IMG/VR virus record: IMGVR_UViG_3300045974_000247
Location: 1-58,848 of that record
Length of the DNA: 58,848 bases
DNA from: a virus
Taxonomy: Duplodnaviria > Caudoviricetes
Direction: 5' to 3' (one strand)
The position numbers were made by a program, and so were the translations under genes. Shown piece after piece: positions 18,880 through 28,548 of this stretch. The notes beneath the pieces were generated by a model, which was not told the origin of the DNA, searched no databases, and was given only the letters and a program-made list of their open reading frames with translations. Numbering within the stretch: position 1 is the stretch's first letter; the number at the start of each line of letters is the position of its first letter.

Positions 18880-19150
18880 GGGGCCCAAGGTAAAGGGATT
18901 CTAAAATCACGAACAATCAAAGGGACTTGATCGGCGTTTGGTTGACTGCCAACCAGATTCACTACGACTACGCTACTACGCCACGTTTGAATGTACTTAG
19001 GCGAGAGGGGAGAGGGGAGGTGTATATTTATATTCTGAGATTATTCCGTAGAAGAGTAGTGAAGCCTCTGCCTTTTGGTGATAGCCGCCAGTTCCCACCC
19101 ACTACGCACAGTGAGTAGTGACCATAGTGTCCCATAGTAGCGTGGTTTGG
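18880..19150. promoter_or_regulatory. AT-rich divergent control region / putative replication origin
   Basis: Lowest-GC tract between the divergent operons; clustered ACTAC/GTAGT repeats. Confidence 0.5.
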
Positions 19151-19185
19151 ATGGCCTGAACCTGAGCGTATGGTTGCTCTTGTCA

Positions 19186-19578
19186 ATGGCAATCCAACCA
19201 CCACGTCCTTGCACATACCCATTCTGCAAGACGCTTGTGCAGAAGGGCAGGTGCCCCAAGCATGCCGTGGTGGTTGATCCCCAGTACAGGGCGCGGCACG
19301 AGGCCACCCGCCCGAGCGCCTACGCGCGAGGGTACACGAGCAAGTGGAAGCGTGAGTCTGCTACCTACCTGCTGACGTTCCCTTGGTGTGCCGAGTGTCA
19401 GCGTCAAGGCAAGCAGACGCGCGCCAACGTGGTGGACCATATCACCCCCCATCGAGGAGACCAGCCGCTGTTCTGGAACCGTCACAACTGGCAGCCACTC
19501 TGCAAGCAGTGCCACGACAGCAAGACGGCACGTGAGGATGGCGGCTGGGGCAAGCGCCAAGCAGAGGTGCGCCCGTGA
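19186..19578 (+). CDS. HNH endonuclease (HK97 gp74-like packaging cofactor)
   Basis: RGY..KW, P.C..C, VDHI.PH.GD..LFW...NWQPLC..CH..KT. Confidence 0.93.
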   Translation: MAIQPPRPCTYPFCKTLVQKGRCPKHAVVVDPQYRARHEATRPSAYARGYTSKWKRESATYLLTFPWCAECQRQGKQTRANVVDHITPHRGDQPLFWNRHNWQPLCKQCHDSKTAREDGGWGKRQAEVRP

Positions 19579-19589
19579 TGGTACTCTCA

Positions 19590-19759
19590 GAGTACGTGTG
19601 TCGAAAGCAGACACCCACTTGCCTGCTGCTCGAGGCGCTGCTTTACCAACAGAGACTGCGAGTACGTGTGGCGAAAGCAGACAATGCTGCTTTCCCATCC
19701 ACGACTGCCAGTACGTGTGTCGAAATCGGACAGCGTGCTGCTTTCGCCACACGTACTCG
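19590..19759. repeat. Three direct plus one inverted ~23-bp repeats between HNH and terS
   Basis: AGTACGTGTG(T/G)CGAAA(GCA/TCG)GACA at 19591, 19661, 19710; inverted copy at 19738-19759. Confidence 0.85.
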
Positions 19760-19908
19760 TAGCGAACCAGCGCCATTGGTGGGTAGGGGGGGTCGATTTC
19801 TTAGAGGGCACCAGAGCTACCGTTGCCTTTGGCATGCTTGGAACACGCCATCAAAACAGGCCCAAAACACGCCAGACCGCCAGCCGGTAGCCCCCCGGGA
19901 GGGGTAGC

Positions 19909-20400
19909 ATGGGACGTTCGCCAGTACCTTCAGCCATCCGACTGGTCCGAGGCACCCAGGACCCCAAGTCCCGCCCGAAGGAGCCACGGCGTGCCTTCGC
20001 AGTGCCGCTGCCCGCCAAGGGAGTCAAGCTCACCCCCGCTGAGAAGGATGCGTGGGCGATGTTCGGTGAGCTGGTGGGCGAGATGCGCGTCACGAACAAG
20101 TCGGACACCGTCGCCTTCCGGCTGATGGTCTCGACCTACGTGGATGCCGAGATACTGCGCGCCCAGATCAACGAGCTGGACGGCAAGGTGACCTACGACT
20201 GCCCGACAGCGAGCGGGGCGATCATGGTCCGGCCGCACCCCCTCCTCGCGCTCCTCGACAACGCAGACCTCAAGCTCGTGAAGCTCATGGCGCGCTTCGG
20301 GCTCACCCCGAGCGACAGGGCGCGGGTACACGATCAGGGAACAGGCAACGGCGGGAGGGCTCCGGGTAGTGGCGACGACGAGTTCACGCAAGCGGGCTAG
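19909..20400 (+). CDS. terS: Terminase small subunit (P27 family)
   Basis: MGR.P.P......G, HP.L, FGLTPSDRAR. Confidence 0.9.
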   Translation: MGRSPVPSAIRLVRGTQDPKSRPKEPRRAFAVPLPAKGVKLTPAEKDAWAMFGELVGEMRVTNKSDTVAFRLMVSTYVDAEILRAQINELDGKVTYDCPTASGAIMVRPHPLLALLDNADLKLVKLMARFGLTPSDRARVHDQGTGNGGRAPGSGDDEFTQAG

Positions 20401-22204
20401 CAACGCCGGCAAGGCGATGCCCACGCCCCCCGTTCCTCCCACGGAGCGGGACCACGTCGCATTGGCACTCCAGTACGCCAAGGACGTGGTCGCCAAGCGC
20501 AAGCCCGCGTGCAAGCAGGTCCGGCAGGCGTGCAAGCGCCAGCTCGATGACCTCGTGCGGTTCAAGGCCGGGGACAACCTGTACTGGGACGCTGCGCTCG
20601 CCGGCAAGGCGTGTCGCTTCATCGAGCGCCTTCCCCACGTCAAGGGTCCGAAGGCGAAGGCTGGCGAGCTGATCATCCTGGAGCCCTGGCAGTGCTTCAT
20701 CGTCACGACCATCTTCGGGTGGCGCCGGAAGGACACCGGGGGCCGCAGGTTCCGCAGGTCCTACGTGGAGGTGCCGCGAGGCAACGCCAAGTCCACTCTC
20801 TCCTCCGCCATCGCGCTGTACTGCCTGACGGCTGACGGGGAGGAGGGCCCCGAGGTCTACTCCGCTGCGACCACGCGTGACCAGGCCAAGATTGTCTTCG
20901 GTGACGCCCAGCAGATGATGCGCAAGCGGCGGGACTTCGCTGCCAAGCTGGGGGTGTACGTCAACCAGCACAACATCATCTGCCCCGTCGTCAACGGTTC
21001 CTTCTGGCCGCTCTCCCGGGAGTCGGGGACGATGGACGGCAAGAACGTCCACTGCGCCATCATCGATGAGCTCCACGCGCACAAGGACCGGGGCATCTAC
21101 GATGTCATCGAGACAGGCGCGGCCAAGCGGTTCTCCTCCCTCCTCTGGGTGATCACGACAGCGGGCTCCGACACCGCCGGCATCTGCTACGAGCTCAGGA
21201 CGTATGTCCACCGGGTCCTCGATGGAGTCATTGAGGATGATAGCCAGTTCGGGGTGGTGTACACGCTCGATGAGGACGACGATTGGACCGACCCGTCCAA
21301 CTGGGAGAAGGCCAACCCCAACTGGGGCATCAGCGTCATGCCGGACGCCTTCGCCCAGCTCGCCAAGAAGGCGATGCAGGTGGCGTCGGCCCAGAACAAC
21401 TTCAAGACCAAGCACCTCGACCTCTGGGTCAACGCAGATGTGGCGTGGATGGAGATGAGGGCGTGGGACCGCTGCGGTGACCCAGACCTTTCCCCCGAGC
21501 TGTTCGCTTCTGGCGACCCCTGTGTGCTCGCGCTCGACCTCGCGACCAAGACCGACATCTGCTCCAAGGCCAAGCTCTTCAAGAAGATGCATCCCAAGTG
21601 GACCGAGGGGTGTACGAAGCACGAGGGGGCTGGCGCGCTCGACTGCGAGGTGTGCTACCCGCCCACCGCCGAGCATGAGGCCCACTACTACCTGTTCGTG
21701 GACAACTTCCTCCCCGAGGACGCCATCCACGACGGGCGCAACAGCCAGTACCAGGGCTGGGCCATTGAGGGACACCTCATTGAGACTCCGGGGAGCGTGC
21801 TGGACTTCGGGTACGTGAAGCAGTCAATCATTGAGGACTTCGCCCAGTTCAATGTGCGCGAGGTCCCCTATGACCCGTGGCAGACCGCGCAGCTCGCGCA
21901 GGAGCTTCAGGAACAGCAGGGCATCCCCGTCATCGAGTACCGCGCCACCGTTCTCAACTTCTCCGCGCCCATGAAGGAGCTGGAGGCGCTCGTCCTCCAG
22001 CGTCGGTTGCACCACAACGCCTCCCCCGTCATGCGTTGGATGGTGTCCAACGTCGTGTGCCACCTCGATGCGAAGGACAACATCTACCCCCGGAAGGAGC
22101 AGCCCCAGAACAAGATTGACGGCGTGGTCGCCACAATCATGGCTCTGGGCCGCGCGCTCCTTCTGGACGACCCCTACTCTGACCGGGGATTCCTCCAGCT
22201 ATGA
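20369..22204 (+). CDS. terL: Terminase large subunit (HK97/cos-type)
   Basis: LEPWQ.F, EVPRGNAKS, IDELH, ITTAG, W.KANP, LDL...D, YDPW, KIDG..A..MA. Confidence 0.95.
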   Translation: MATTSSRKRASNAGKAMPTPPVPPTERDHVALALQYAKDVVAKRKPACKQVRQACKRQLDDLVRFKAGDNLYWDAALAGKACRFIERLPHVKGPKAKAGELIILEPWQCFIVTTIFGWRRKDTGGRRFRRSYVEVPRGNAKSTLSSAIALYCLTADGEEGPEVYSAATTRDQAKIVFGDAQQMMRKRRDFAAKLGVYVNQHNIICPVVNGSFWPLSRESGTMDGKNVHCAIIDELHAHKDRGIYDVIETGAAKRFSSLLWVITTAGSDTAGICYELRTYVHRVLDGVIEDDSQFGVVYTLDEDDDWTDPSNWEKANPNWGISVMPDAFAQLAKKAMQVASAQNNFKTKHLDLWVNADVAWMEMRAWDRCGDPDLSPELFASGDPCVLALDLATKTDICSKAKLFKKMHPKWTEGCTKHEGAGALDCEVCYPPTAEHEAHYYLFVDNFLPEDAIHDGRNSQYQGWAIEGHLIETPGSVLDFGYVKQSIIEDFAQFNVREVPYDPWQTAQLAQELQEQQGIPVIEYRATVLNFSAPMKELEALVLQRRLHHNASPVMRWMVSNVVCHLDAKDNIYPRKEQPQNKIDGVVATIMALGRALLLDDPYSDRGFLQL

Positions 22205-23859
22205 CCATCCGTGAGCGCATGTCCAAGCTGTTCAACTTCGGGCGGGTCGCGCCTGATGTTCCGCAGCGGTACGCAAGCTGGTACCCGGCCCAGTACCTCC
22301 CCGAGAACCTGCAGATCACCATGGACGTGGCGCTCCAGTTGAGCGTCGTGTGGGCGTGCGTGGACGCCATCGCCAAGGCCATCGCGTCGTGCCACTGGCA
22401 CGTCTACGCACTGAAGGGGGAGCAGCGCAAGTTCCTGGCCGAGGACCCGCTGGACTACATCCTCAATGTGCGGCCCAATGCCGAGATGACGGCCATTGGC
22501 TTCCGGGAGTCGTTGCTGTACGCAGCGCTGACCTGGGGCAACGCCTACGCTGAGATTGTCCGCGATGGTCGAGGCGCTGTTGCGGAGTTGTGGCCGCTCC
22601 TCCCCGAGCGGATGCAGGTGGCGCGGGACACCAACGGCGTGCTCCACTACGTCTACACCCAGTGGGATGGCGGGCAGATCAGGTTGGAGCAGTCCGACGT
22701 GTTGCACGTGCGCGGCCCCTCCATCAACGGGCTCCTGGGCGAGAACATCGTGGCGCGTGCCGTCAAGTCCATCGCGCTCGGAGTCGCGGCAGAGCGGTTC
22801 TCCATCTCCTTCTTCTCCAACTCCACGGTGGTGGGCGGCGTGCTGGAGTTCCCGCGCACCCTCGACCAGAAGACGTATGACCGGCTCAAGAAGGACTGGG
22901 AGGACAAGCGCCAGGGCCCCAACAATGCGCACAAGCCGATCATCCTGGAGGGCGGCGCCAAGTTCACCAGCATCGGCTCCAACCCCCAGGAGAGCCAACT
23001 CATCGAGGTGCGCAAGTTCCAGATGGAGGAAATCTGCCGCTGGTACGGGGTGCCGCTGCACAAGGTCCAGCACATCGACCGTGCCACCTTCAACAACATC
23101 GAGCACCTGGGCATCGAGTTCGTTCGTGACGCGCTGAGCCCGTGGGCGCTCCGGCTGGAGCAAGAGGCCAACTGGAAGCTGTTCCCCGCGCGCGGGCCCG
23201 GAGCCCGGAAGATGACGCGCATCGACACCTCCTGGCTCAGCCAGGGCGACTTCAAGAGCCGCGCGGAAGGCTACAGCATCCTCCGGAACATCGGGGTGTA
23301 CTCCGCCAACGACATCCTCGCCAAGGAGGGGGAGAACGGCATCGGGCCGGAAGGCGACATCCGCATCGTGGGCGCGAACATGCAGCTGCTGTCCGGTCTA
23401 CCGGACAAGGCCGAGGCTGAGCTGAAGAAGCTCAAGGAGCCTCCCGCGCCCAAGCTTCTGCCACCCGGGCAGTCTGGGGAATCTGACCTCCCTGACGAGA
23501 AGACCCCCGCTGCCCGGGTGGTGGTTCGTGAGGCTATCTGCGCGCTGTTCGCATCGGCCATGGAGCGGTACGCCAAGCGCCTCTCCAACCGCGAGCAGGA
23601 CCTGCGCCGGCGCAACCTTCCGGAGAGCCAGGTGGCCGGGAACCTTGCCCAGGAGCGCGAGCGGCTGCGCCCCTGGCTCCTCGATGAGTGCAGCAACGCG
23701 ATGGCCCTCATTAGCAAGGTGGGCGGCGGGGAGCCGCTCGGCGACACGGTGGTGCTGATCGCGGCAGACCAAGTGGACAACGGGGCCGCGCCCCGTGATG
23801 TGGCAGGACAACTCGTGGCGCAGTTCCTTTTGACCGGAGGCACCAATGTCGAAGTCTGA
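22201..23859 (+). CDS. HK97-family portal protein with C-terminal extension
   Basis: VWACV..IA, RPN.EMT, GNAY, ILEGG, EEICR.YGVP, F.NIE. Confidence 0.93.
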   Translation: MTIRERMSKLFNFGRVAPDVPQRYASWYPAQYLPENLQITMDVALQLSVVWACVDAIAKAIASCHWHVYALKGEQRKFLAEDPLDYILNVRPNAEMTAIGFRESLLYAALTWGNAYAEIVRDGRGAVAELWPLLPERMQVARDTNGVLHYVYTQWDGGQIRLEQSDVLHVRGPSINGLLGENIVARAVKSIALGVAAERFSISFFSNSTVVGGVLEFPRTLDQKTYDRLKKDWEDKRQGPNNAHKPIILEGGAKFTSIGSNPQESQLIEVRKFQMEEICRWYGVPLHKVQHIDRATFNNIEHLGIEFVRDALSPWALRLEQEANWKLFPARGPGARKMTRIDTSWLSQGDFKSRAEGYSILRNIGVYSANDILAKEGENGIGPEGDIRIVGANMQLLSGLPDKAEAELKKLKEPPAPKLLPPGQSGESDLPDEKTPAARVVVREAICALFASAMERYAKRLSNREQDLRRRNLPESQVAGNLAQERERLRPWLLDECSNAMALISKVGGGEPLGDTVVLIAADQVDNGAAPRDVAGQLVAQFLLTGGTNVEV

Positions 23860-24727
23860 GAAGATGTCGCTCCCTCCCGCGCTCGCGCGGGCCCGGGAGA
23901 TGCGGATGTCGGCAGTACCCCAGGCGCGCACGATGGCGCGCATCAACGCGGCCACGGCCACGGGGGAGCTGTACCTGTACAACCTCATCGGCCAGGGCTT
24001 CTTCTCCGACGGCATCACTGCCGAGTCGGTCCAGGCCGCGCTGGCGGGGATGAAGGGCGCCAAGGCGCTCAACGTCTTCATCAACTCCGAGGGTGGCGAC
24101 GTTTTCGAGGGTAAGGCCATCCACAACGTCATCAAGCGGTTCGATGGCAAGAAGACGGTGTATGTGGACGGCATCTGCGCGTCCATCGCCACCCACATCG
24201 CCATGGCCGGTGACGAGATCATCACCGCCGCCAACGCCACGTGGATGATCCACGACGCGTGGACCATCGCCATGGGGAACGCCAGCGACCTCCGCGCGGC
24301 AGCGGACATCATCGAGCGGGAGACCCAGAGCCTGGCCGAGGCATACGCTGCCCGGACGGGGAAGAAGTGCAACCTGGCCCAGCTCCGAGGCATGATGGCC
24401 GAGGAAACCTGGCTCCAGCCCAAGGATGCCCTCAAGTACGGGTTCACCGACAAGGTCGAGGAGCGGCTGTGCCCGGAGTGCGGCGAGGACCCGTGCGCGT
24501 GCGAGGACGAGAGCAACAGCGCGCGCTACGCAGCCGCCACCCACCGACCCCTCATCGCTGCCTACAAGAACGTCCCCGAGCGGCTCAAGGGCAAGCGCGC
24601 CACCAACGCCTCGCGCATCGCCGCCATGGACATGCGCATCCTCCAGACCTCGCAGCGTCGGGCCTGCCCGCCGCTGCCTTCCCCGGAGGGCCTGCCCGCC
24701 GGGAACAGCAGCAGCCGTACTAAGTAG
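23846..24727 (+). CDS. ClpP-like (S14) prohead protease
   Basis: INSEGGDVFEG, GICASIA, MIH, ETW.....A..YGF.D. Confidence 0.92.
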   Translation: MSKSEKMSLPPALARAREMRMSAVPQARTMARINAATATGELYLYNLIGQGFFSDGITAESVQAALAGMKGAKALNVFINSEGGDVFEGKAIHNVIKRFDGKKTVYVDGICASIATHIAMAGDEIITAANATWMIHDAWTIAMGNASDLRAAADIIERETQSLAEAYAARTGKKCNLAQLRGMMAEETWLQPKDALKYGFTDKVEERLCPECGEDPCACEDESNSARYAAATHRPLIAAYKNVPERLKGKRATNASRIAAMDMRILQTSQRRACPPLPSPEGLPAGNSSSRTK

Positions 24728-24771
24728 TGAACCGACGCAGCACCAACCCAATCGCAGCAAGGAGAGAGAAG

Positions 24772-26136
24772 ATGCCGACACCCAACGGAACCGTCACCAT
24801 CGAGGACCTGGAGAACAAGCTGACCCAGCTCCGAGACCAGGCCAACTCCATCCAGGCCACCGGCGATGCCGAGAGCCGGGACCTCAGCGAGCAGGAGCAG
24901 CTCGACTTCAACGCGGTCATGGACGCCTTCGAGGCCACCGAGAAGGAGATCACCCGGCGCCGCAAGCTCCAGGACCTCGACAACCGGCTCGCTGCCCCGC
25001 AGCCCCGGCGCATCCAGGAGGAGCCCACCGTGGCCGCTGCCGCTCCCATCGAGCGCGTGCCGGCCGGCAGCGCCGCGCGCTCCACCCCCGTCGCGTCCCA
25101 GTCCGGGTCGTGGGGCTGGCGGACGTTCGGTGAGTTCGCCAACGGCGTGCGTAAGGCTGCGCGCGGCATCATGGACCAGCGGCTCGTGGTCAACGCCCCT
25201 GCCTCCTTCGGTGGCGAGGGCACCAACGCGGATGGCGGGTACGCGGTGCCGCCCGACTTCCGCGCGGAGATCATGAAGTTCGTCCAGGGCGAGGACTCGC
25301 TGCTCGCGATGACCGACCAGCAGACCACCTCGAGCAACCAGATGACGGTCCCGACCGACGGCACCACGCCGTGGGGCAACTCGGGCGTCAACGCGAACTG
25401 GACCGACGAGGGCACGGACATCACCCTCAGCAAGCCCGCGCTCGGCCAGCTCACCGTCAAGGCGTACAAGCTGGCGGCGCTCGTGCCGATGACCGAGGAG
25501 CTGCTGGAGGACGCGGGGGCGATGAGCAACTACCTCCGCACGAAGGTCCCCCAGAAGTTCATCTCCGCCATCAACACCGCGCTGTACTCCGGCAACGGGA
25601 CCGGCAAGCCCACGGGCCTGATGACCTCCGGGTCGAAGGTCGTCCAGGCCGCCGTCACGGGCCAGGGCGCGGGCACCGTCGTGGCGACCAACATCGTCAA
25701 GATGTGGGGCCGGATGTACGCGCCCCTCCGCTCGGGTGCGGTGTGGCTGATCAACCAGGACGTGGAGCAGCAGCTCCAGCTCCTGGCGATGCCCGGCACT
25801 GCCCCGCAGGTCCCGCTGTACCTCCCGCCCGGCGGCTTCAGCGGCGCTCCCTACGGGACGCTGTTCGGCAGGCCGGTCATCTCCCTGGAGGCCTGCTCGG
25901 CGGTGGGCACCGAGGGTGACATCATGCTGGTGAACCCCAAGAGCTACCTGTCGGTGCTCAAGGCCAGCGGGATGCGCCAGGACGTGTCGATGCACGTGTA
26001 CTTCGCCAGCGACATCACCGCGTTCCGCTTCGTCATGCGGGTCGGCGGGCAGTCCTGGTGGAGCGCTGCCCTCACCCGGCAGAACGGCAGCAACACGCTG
26101 TCCAACATCATCACGCTGAACAGCACCCGGACCTAG
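24772..26136 (+). CDS. Major capsid protein (HK97 fold with delta domain)
   Basis: N-terminal coiled coil, DGGYAVP, W..EG, TEELLED, G.G.GKP.G, TLFGRPV. Confidence 0.93.
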   Translation: MPTPNGTVTIEDLENKLTQLRDQANSIQATGDAESRDLSEQEQLDFNAVMDAFEATEKEITRRRKLQDLDNRLAAPQPRRIQEEPTVAAAAPIERVPAGSAARSTPVASQSGSWGWRTFGEFANGVRKAARGIMDQRLVVNAPASFGGEGTNADGGYAVPPDFRAEIMKFVQGEDSLLAMTDQQTTSSNQMTVPTDGTTPWGNSGVNANWTDEGTDITLSKPALGQLTVKAYKLAALVPMTEELLEDAGAMSNYLRTKVPQKFISAINTALYSGNGTGKPTGLMTSGSKVVQAAVTGQGAGTVVATNIVKMWGRMYAPLRSGAVWLINQDVEQQLQLLAMPGTAPQVPLYLPPGGFSGAPYGTLFGRPVISLEACSAVGTEGDIMLVNPKSYLSVLKASGMRQDVSMHVYFASDITAFRFVMRVGGQSWWSAALTRQNGSNTLSNIITLNSTRT

Positions 26137-26146
26137 TGGCGGCGGC

Positions 26147-26181
26147 GGGGGAAGTGGGGGCTGAGAAGCCCCTGCTTCCCC
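26147..26181 (+). terminator. Hairpin after the capsid gene
   Basis: ggggaagtgggggct-GAGA-agcccctgcttcccc; weak U-tract. Confidence 0.5.
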
Positions 26182-26200
26182 TGCTTCCTTCGGAGCCCGA

Positions 26201-26596
26201 ATGGACAACGCAAAGGACAGCCCCACCAAGGGACAGATCAGCCCGCAGTTGGTGGCGGCAGCAGCCACTGTCAGCAGCGGGTGGGTCAACGCTGGCGACG
26301 CACTGACCTTCGCCGCAGCGGTCACGGCTGGCGCGCTGGGCGGCGCCACCAACGTGGTCAGCTCCTGGCAGCAGGCGACCAGCGCCGCTGGCGCAGGCGC
26401 CAAGGCTCTCACGGGCAACGGCACCACGAACATCGCCATGCCCACGGCAGACAGCACGCAGGACATCGACCTCGACCCCAGCGACATGGACGTCAACAAC
26501 GGGTTCGGATTCTTCCAGCTTCGCCTGACGGTGACCGGCGGCACGGGTTGCTTCCTGGCGACGACCATCCGGGCTCTCTACCCCAAGGTGCAATAA
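26201..26596 (+). CDS. Putative head decoration protein
   Basis: Small Ala/Gly/Thr-rich beta protein directly after the capsid gene. Confidence 0.6.
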   Translation: MDNAKDSPTKGQISPQLVAAAATVSSGWVNAGDALTFAAAVTAGALGGATNVVSSWQQATSAAGAGAKALTGNGTTNIAMPTADSTQDIDLDPSDMDVNNGFGFFQLRLTVTGGTGCFLATTIRALYPKVQ

Positions 26597-26850
26597 TGCG
26601 CGCGACACCGACTCCCTCAGCAGCCCTGTCACAGCCCTCCGTGGCCGAGGAGGCCATCCCCGTGGAGGCCCTCGTCCCCGCGTCAGCCCCTCAGGCTGCG
26701 GCAGCGCCCAGCGCCACGGTTCCGACCGTGGAGGAGGCGCTCAAGACCCTCGTGGAGGTGTTCCACGACCGCTGTTGCCACGGCGGGAGCGGCGGCTGGG
26801 CCGCGTGCCGTAACCCGGAGTGCGCAGCAGTCCAGCAGGTCCTCAAGTAG
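26596..26850 (+). CDS. Hypothetical protein
   Basis: TAATG coupling; Ala/Pro-rich with Cys cluster. Confidence 0.5.
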   Translation: MRATPTPSAALSQPSVAEEAIPVEALVPASAPQAAAAPSATVPTVEEALKTLVEVFHDRCCHGGSGGWAACRNPECAAVQQVLK

Positions 26851-26906
26851 GCGCATGGGAGGAGGGGGCCTGCCCCGCCCCTCCTCCTCGCGCTGTGGAG
26901 AGCACG

Positions 26907-27491
26907 ATGCTTCTGACGACGCTCGACAACGTGAAGAGCTGGCTCAACATCGAGCTGAGCGACGCCACAGCCAATGAGAAGCTCCAGCGGCTCATCGCGG
27001 CAGCGTCCGACTGGCTGGAAGCCCAGATGCGGCGCACGTTCGACCCGGTGGAGCAGACCGAGCGGTTCAGCGGCAACGGCTCGCGCGGGTACTCGCCCAA
27101 GCGCACGCCAGTCATCGACGTCATCGAGGTCATCATCGGCATCGGCACGACTCCGGTGACGCTCGTCAAGGACGTGGACTACATCCTGGTGGACGACCGG
27201 GTGGAGCTGCTTGGGGACGTCAACCGCTTCGACACCTTCCTCCCCGGCAAGTTCTTCAACCACGGGCGGTTCAACTGCTCGGTGAAGTACACGGCGGGCT
27301 ACGTCACGGTGCCCCCGGCGGTGGAGCAGGCTTGCATCACCCTCGTGGCGGAGTCGTTCCGCGGCAAGGACCGCATCGGACTCATGAGTCGCACGCTCGG
27401 CTCCGGTGAGACCACGACTTTCCGGCCCGACCAGATTCCTCTCACGGTCCAGCAGACCATCGACCTGTACCGCGCGGCGGTGGTGCCGTGA
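26907..27491 (+). CDS. Head-tail connector (gp6-like)
   Basis: TTL..VK.WL, LI.AAS..LE, V.YTAGY..VP..VEQAC. Confidence 0.85.
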   Translation: MLLTTLDNVKSWLNIELSDATANEKLQRLIAAASDWLEAQMRRTFDPVEQTERFSGNGSRGYSPKRTPVIDVIEVIIGIGTTPVTLVKDVDYILVDDRVELLGDVNRFDTFLPGKFFNHGRFNCSVKYTAGYVTVPPAVEQACITLVAESFRGKDRIGLMSRTLGSGETTTFRPDQIPLTVQQTIDLYRAAVVP

Positions 27492-27997
27492 GCAACAAGA
27501 TCATCGAAGCCAAGGTGGTGGGCGGCGCTGAGACGGCGCAACGCTTCGCCATGGCCGGCACGCGCTTGCGCGAGTCGATGAAGGGGACCATCCACACGCT
27601 CGGGGAGGAGCTGCGCGACAGCGCCCAGGGTCGCGCTCCCGCCCGCAAGGGCAAGCTGCGCAAGTCGTTCCGTGCTCGAGATTTTGAAAAGGGTCTGGTG
27701 GTCGGCACGCGCGTGTCTGCCAAGAAGTATTATGCACGCTTCGTGGAGCAGGGCATCGGGCCGGTCACCGCCGCAGTCAAGACCTACGCGCGCCGCACCA
27801 AGAGCGGGTCGGTCCGGGCCGGAGAGCCCGGTCACAAGAAGAAGGTGGCTCAAGGCATCGTGTTCGTCAAGGCTCACCCGCGCAAGATGTTCTCCAAGCC
27901 GCGCCCCTTCCTCGCCCCTGCTGTCGAGGGGATGCGGCAGGCGATCATGGCGCGCATCGAAGGCACCATCGCGCTGGCCATGAAGGAGGGCAGCTAG
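27488..27997 (+). CDS. HK97 gp10-like neck protein
   Basis: AP.R.G.LR.S, YARFVE.G, PRPFL.PA. Confidence 0.82.
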   Translation: MSNKIIEAKVVGGAETAQRFAMAGTRLRESMKGTIHTLGEELRDSAQGRAPARKGKLRKSFRARDFEKGLVVGTRVSAKKYYARFVEQGIGPVTAAVKTYARRTKSGSVRAGEPGHKKKVAQGIVFVKAHPRKMFSKPRPFLAPAVEGMRQAIMARIEGTIALAMKEGS

Positions 27998-27999
27998 TC

Positions 28000-28524
28000 A
28001 TGGGCATCCAGGGAGGTCGGGAGCGGTACTACAGGGCGCTGTACGACCGGCTGGCTGCGAACACGCCCAGCGTCAAGTGGCGGGGACGCTCCATGGCCGC
28101 CTACGCCAACTTGCCTGCGGAGCAGCAGCCTGCGCTTGTCTTCAACGTGGCGGGCCAGACGCCTGAGCAGCAGCCACGTATGCCGCCCAAGTGGCTCTTG
28201 GGCACGGTCCTCGTCCTGATGGCCCGTGATACGAACGCTGCCCCGGGCGAGGTCGTGCTGAACGCCATGATCGATGAGGTGGAGTACGCGCTGGAGTGGC
28301 AACCGGGCGAGCCCGTCCCTGGGAACGGGGAGCTGTGGCACACGACGCTCGGCGGCATCGTGCAGCGCTGCTACATCGATGGGGTGATCGAGTTCCCGTC
28401 AGCAGGAGAGGCATCGGAACAGGCGATGGCCCTCGTACCTGTCGTGATGGAGGTCGTTGGTACGGGCCGCAGAGTCTCGGAGCGTCCCACGGGAGTGGGA
28501 GTGGCAGTGGACGATGTAACGTAG
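28000..28524 (+). CDS. Putative tail terminator/completion protein
   Basis: Position before the tail tube; QPAL, TLGG.V..C.I.G. Confidence 0.65.
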   Translation: MGIQGGRERYYRALYDRLAANTPSVKWRGRSMAAYANLPAEQQPALVFNVAGQTPEQQPRMPPKWLLGTVLVLMARDTNAAPGEVVLNAMIDEVEYALEWQPGEPVPGNGELWHTTLGGIVQRCYIDGVIEFPSAGEASEQAMALVPVVMEVVGTGRRVSERPTGVGVAVDDVT

Positions 28525-28548
28525 TTCAACAGCAACGGAGGCACAACC

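Noticed and set aside
19590-19759. Mini CRISPR array
   Set aside because: Spacers are unequal and partly repeated, one copy is inverted, there are no cas genes, and the location fits a packaging site
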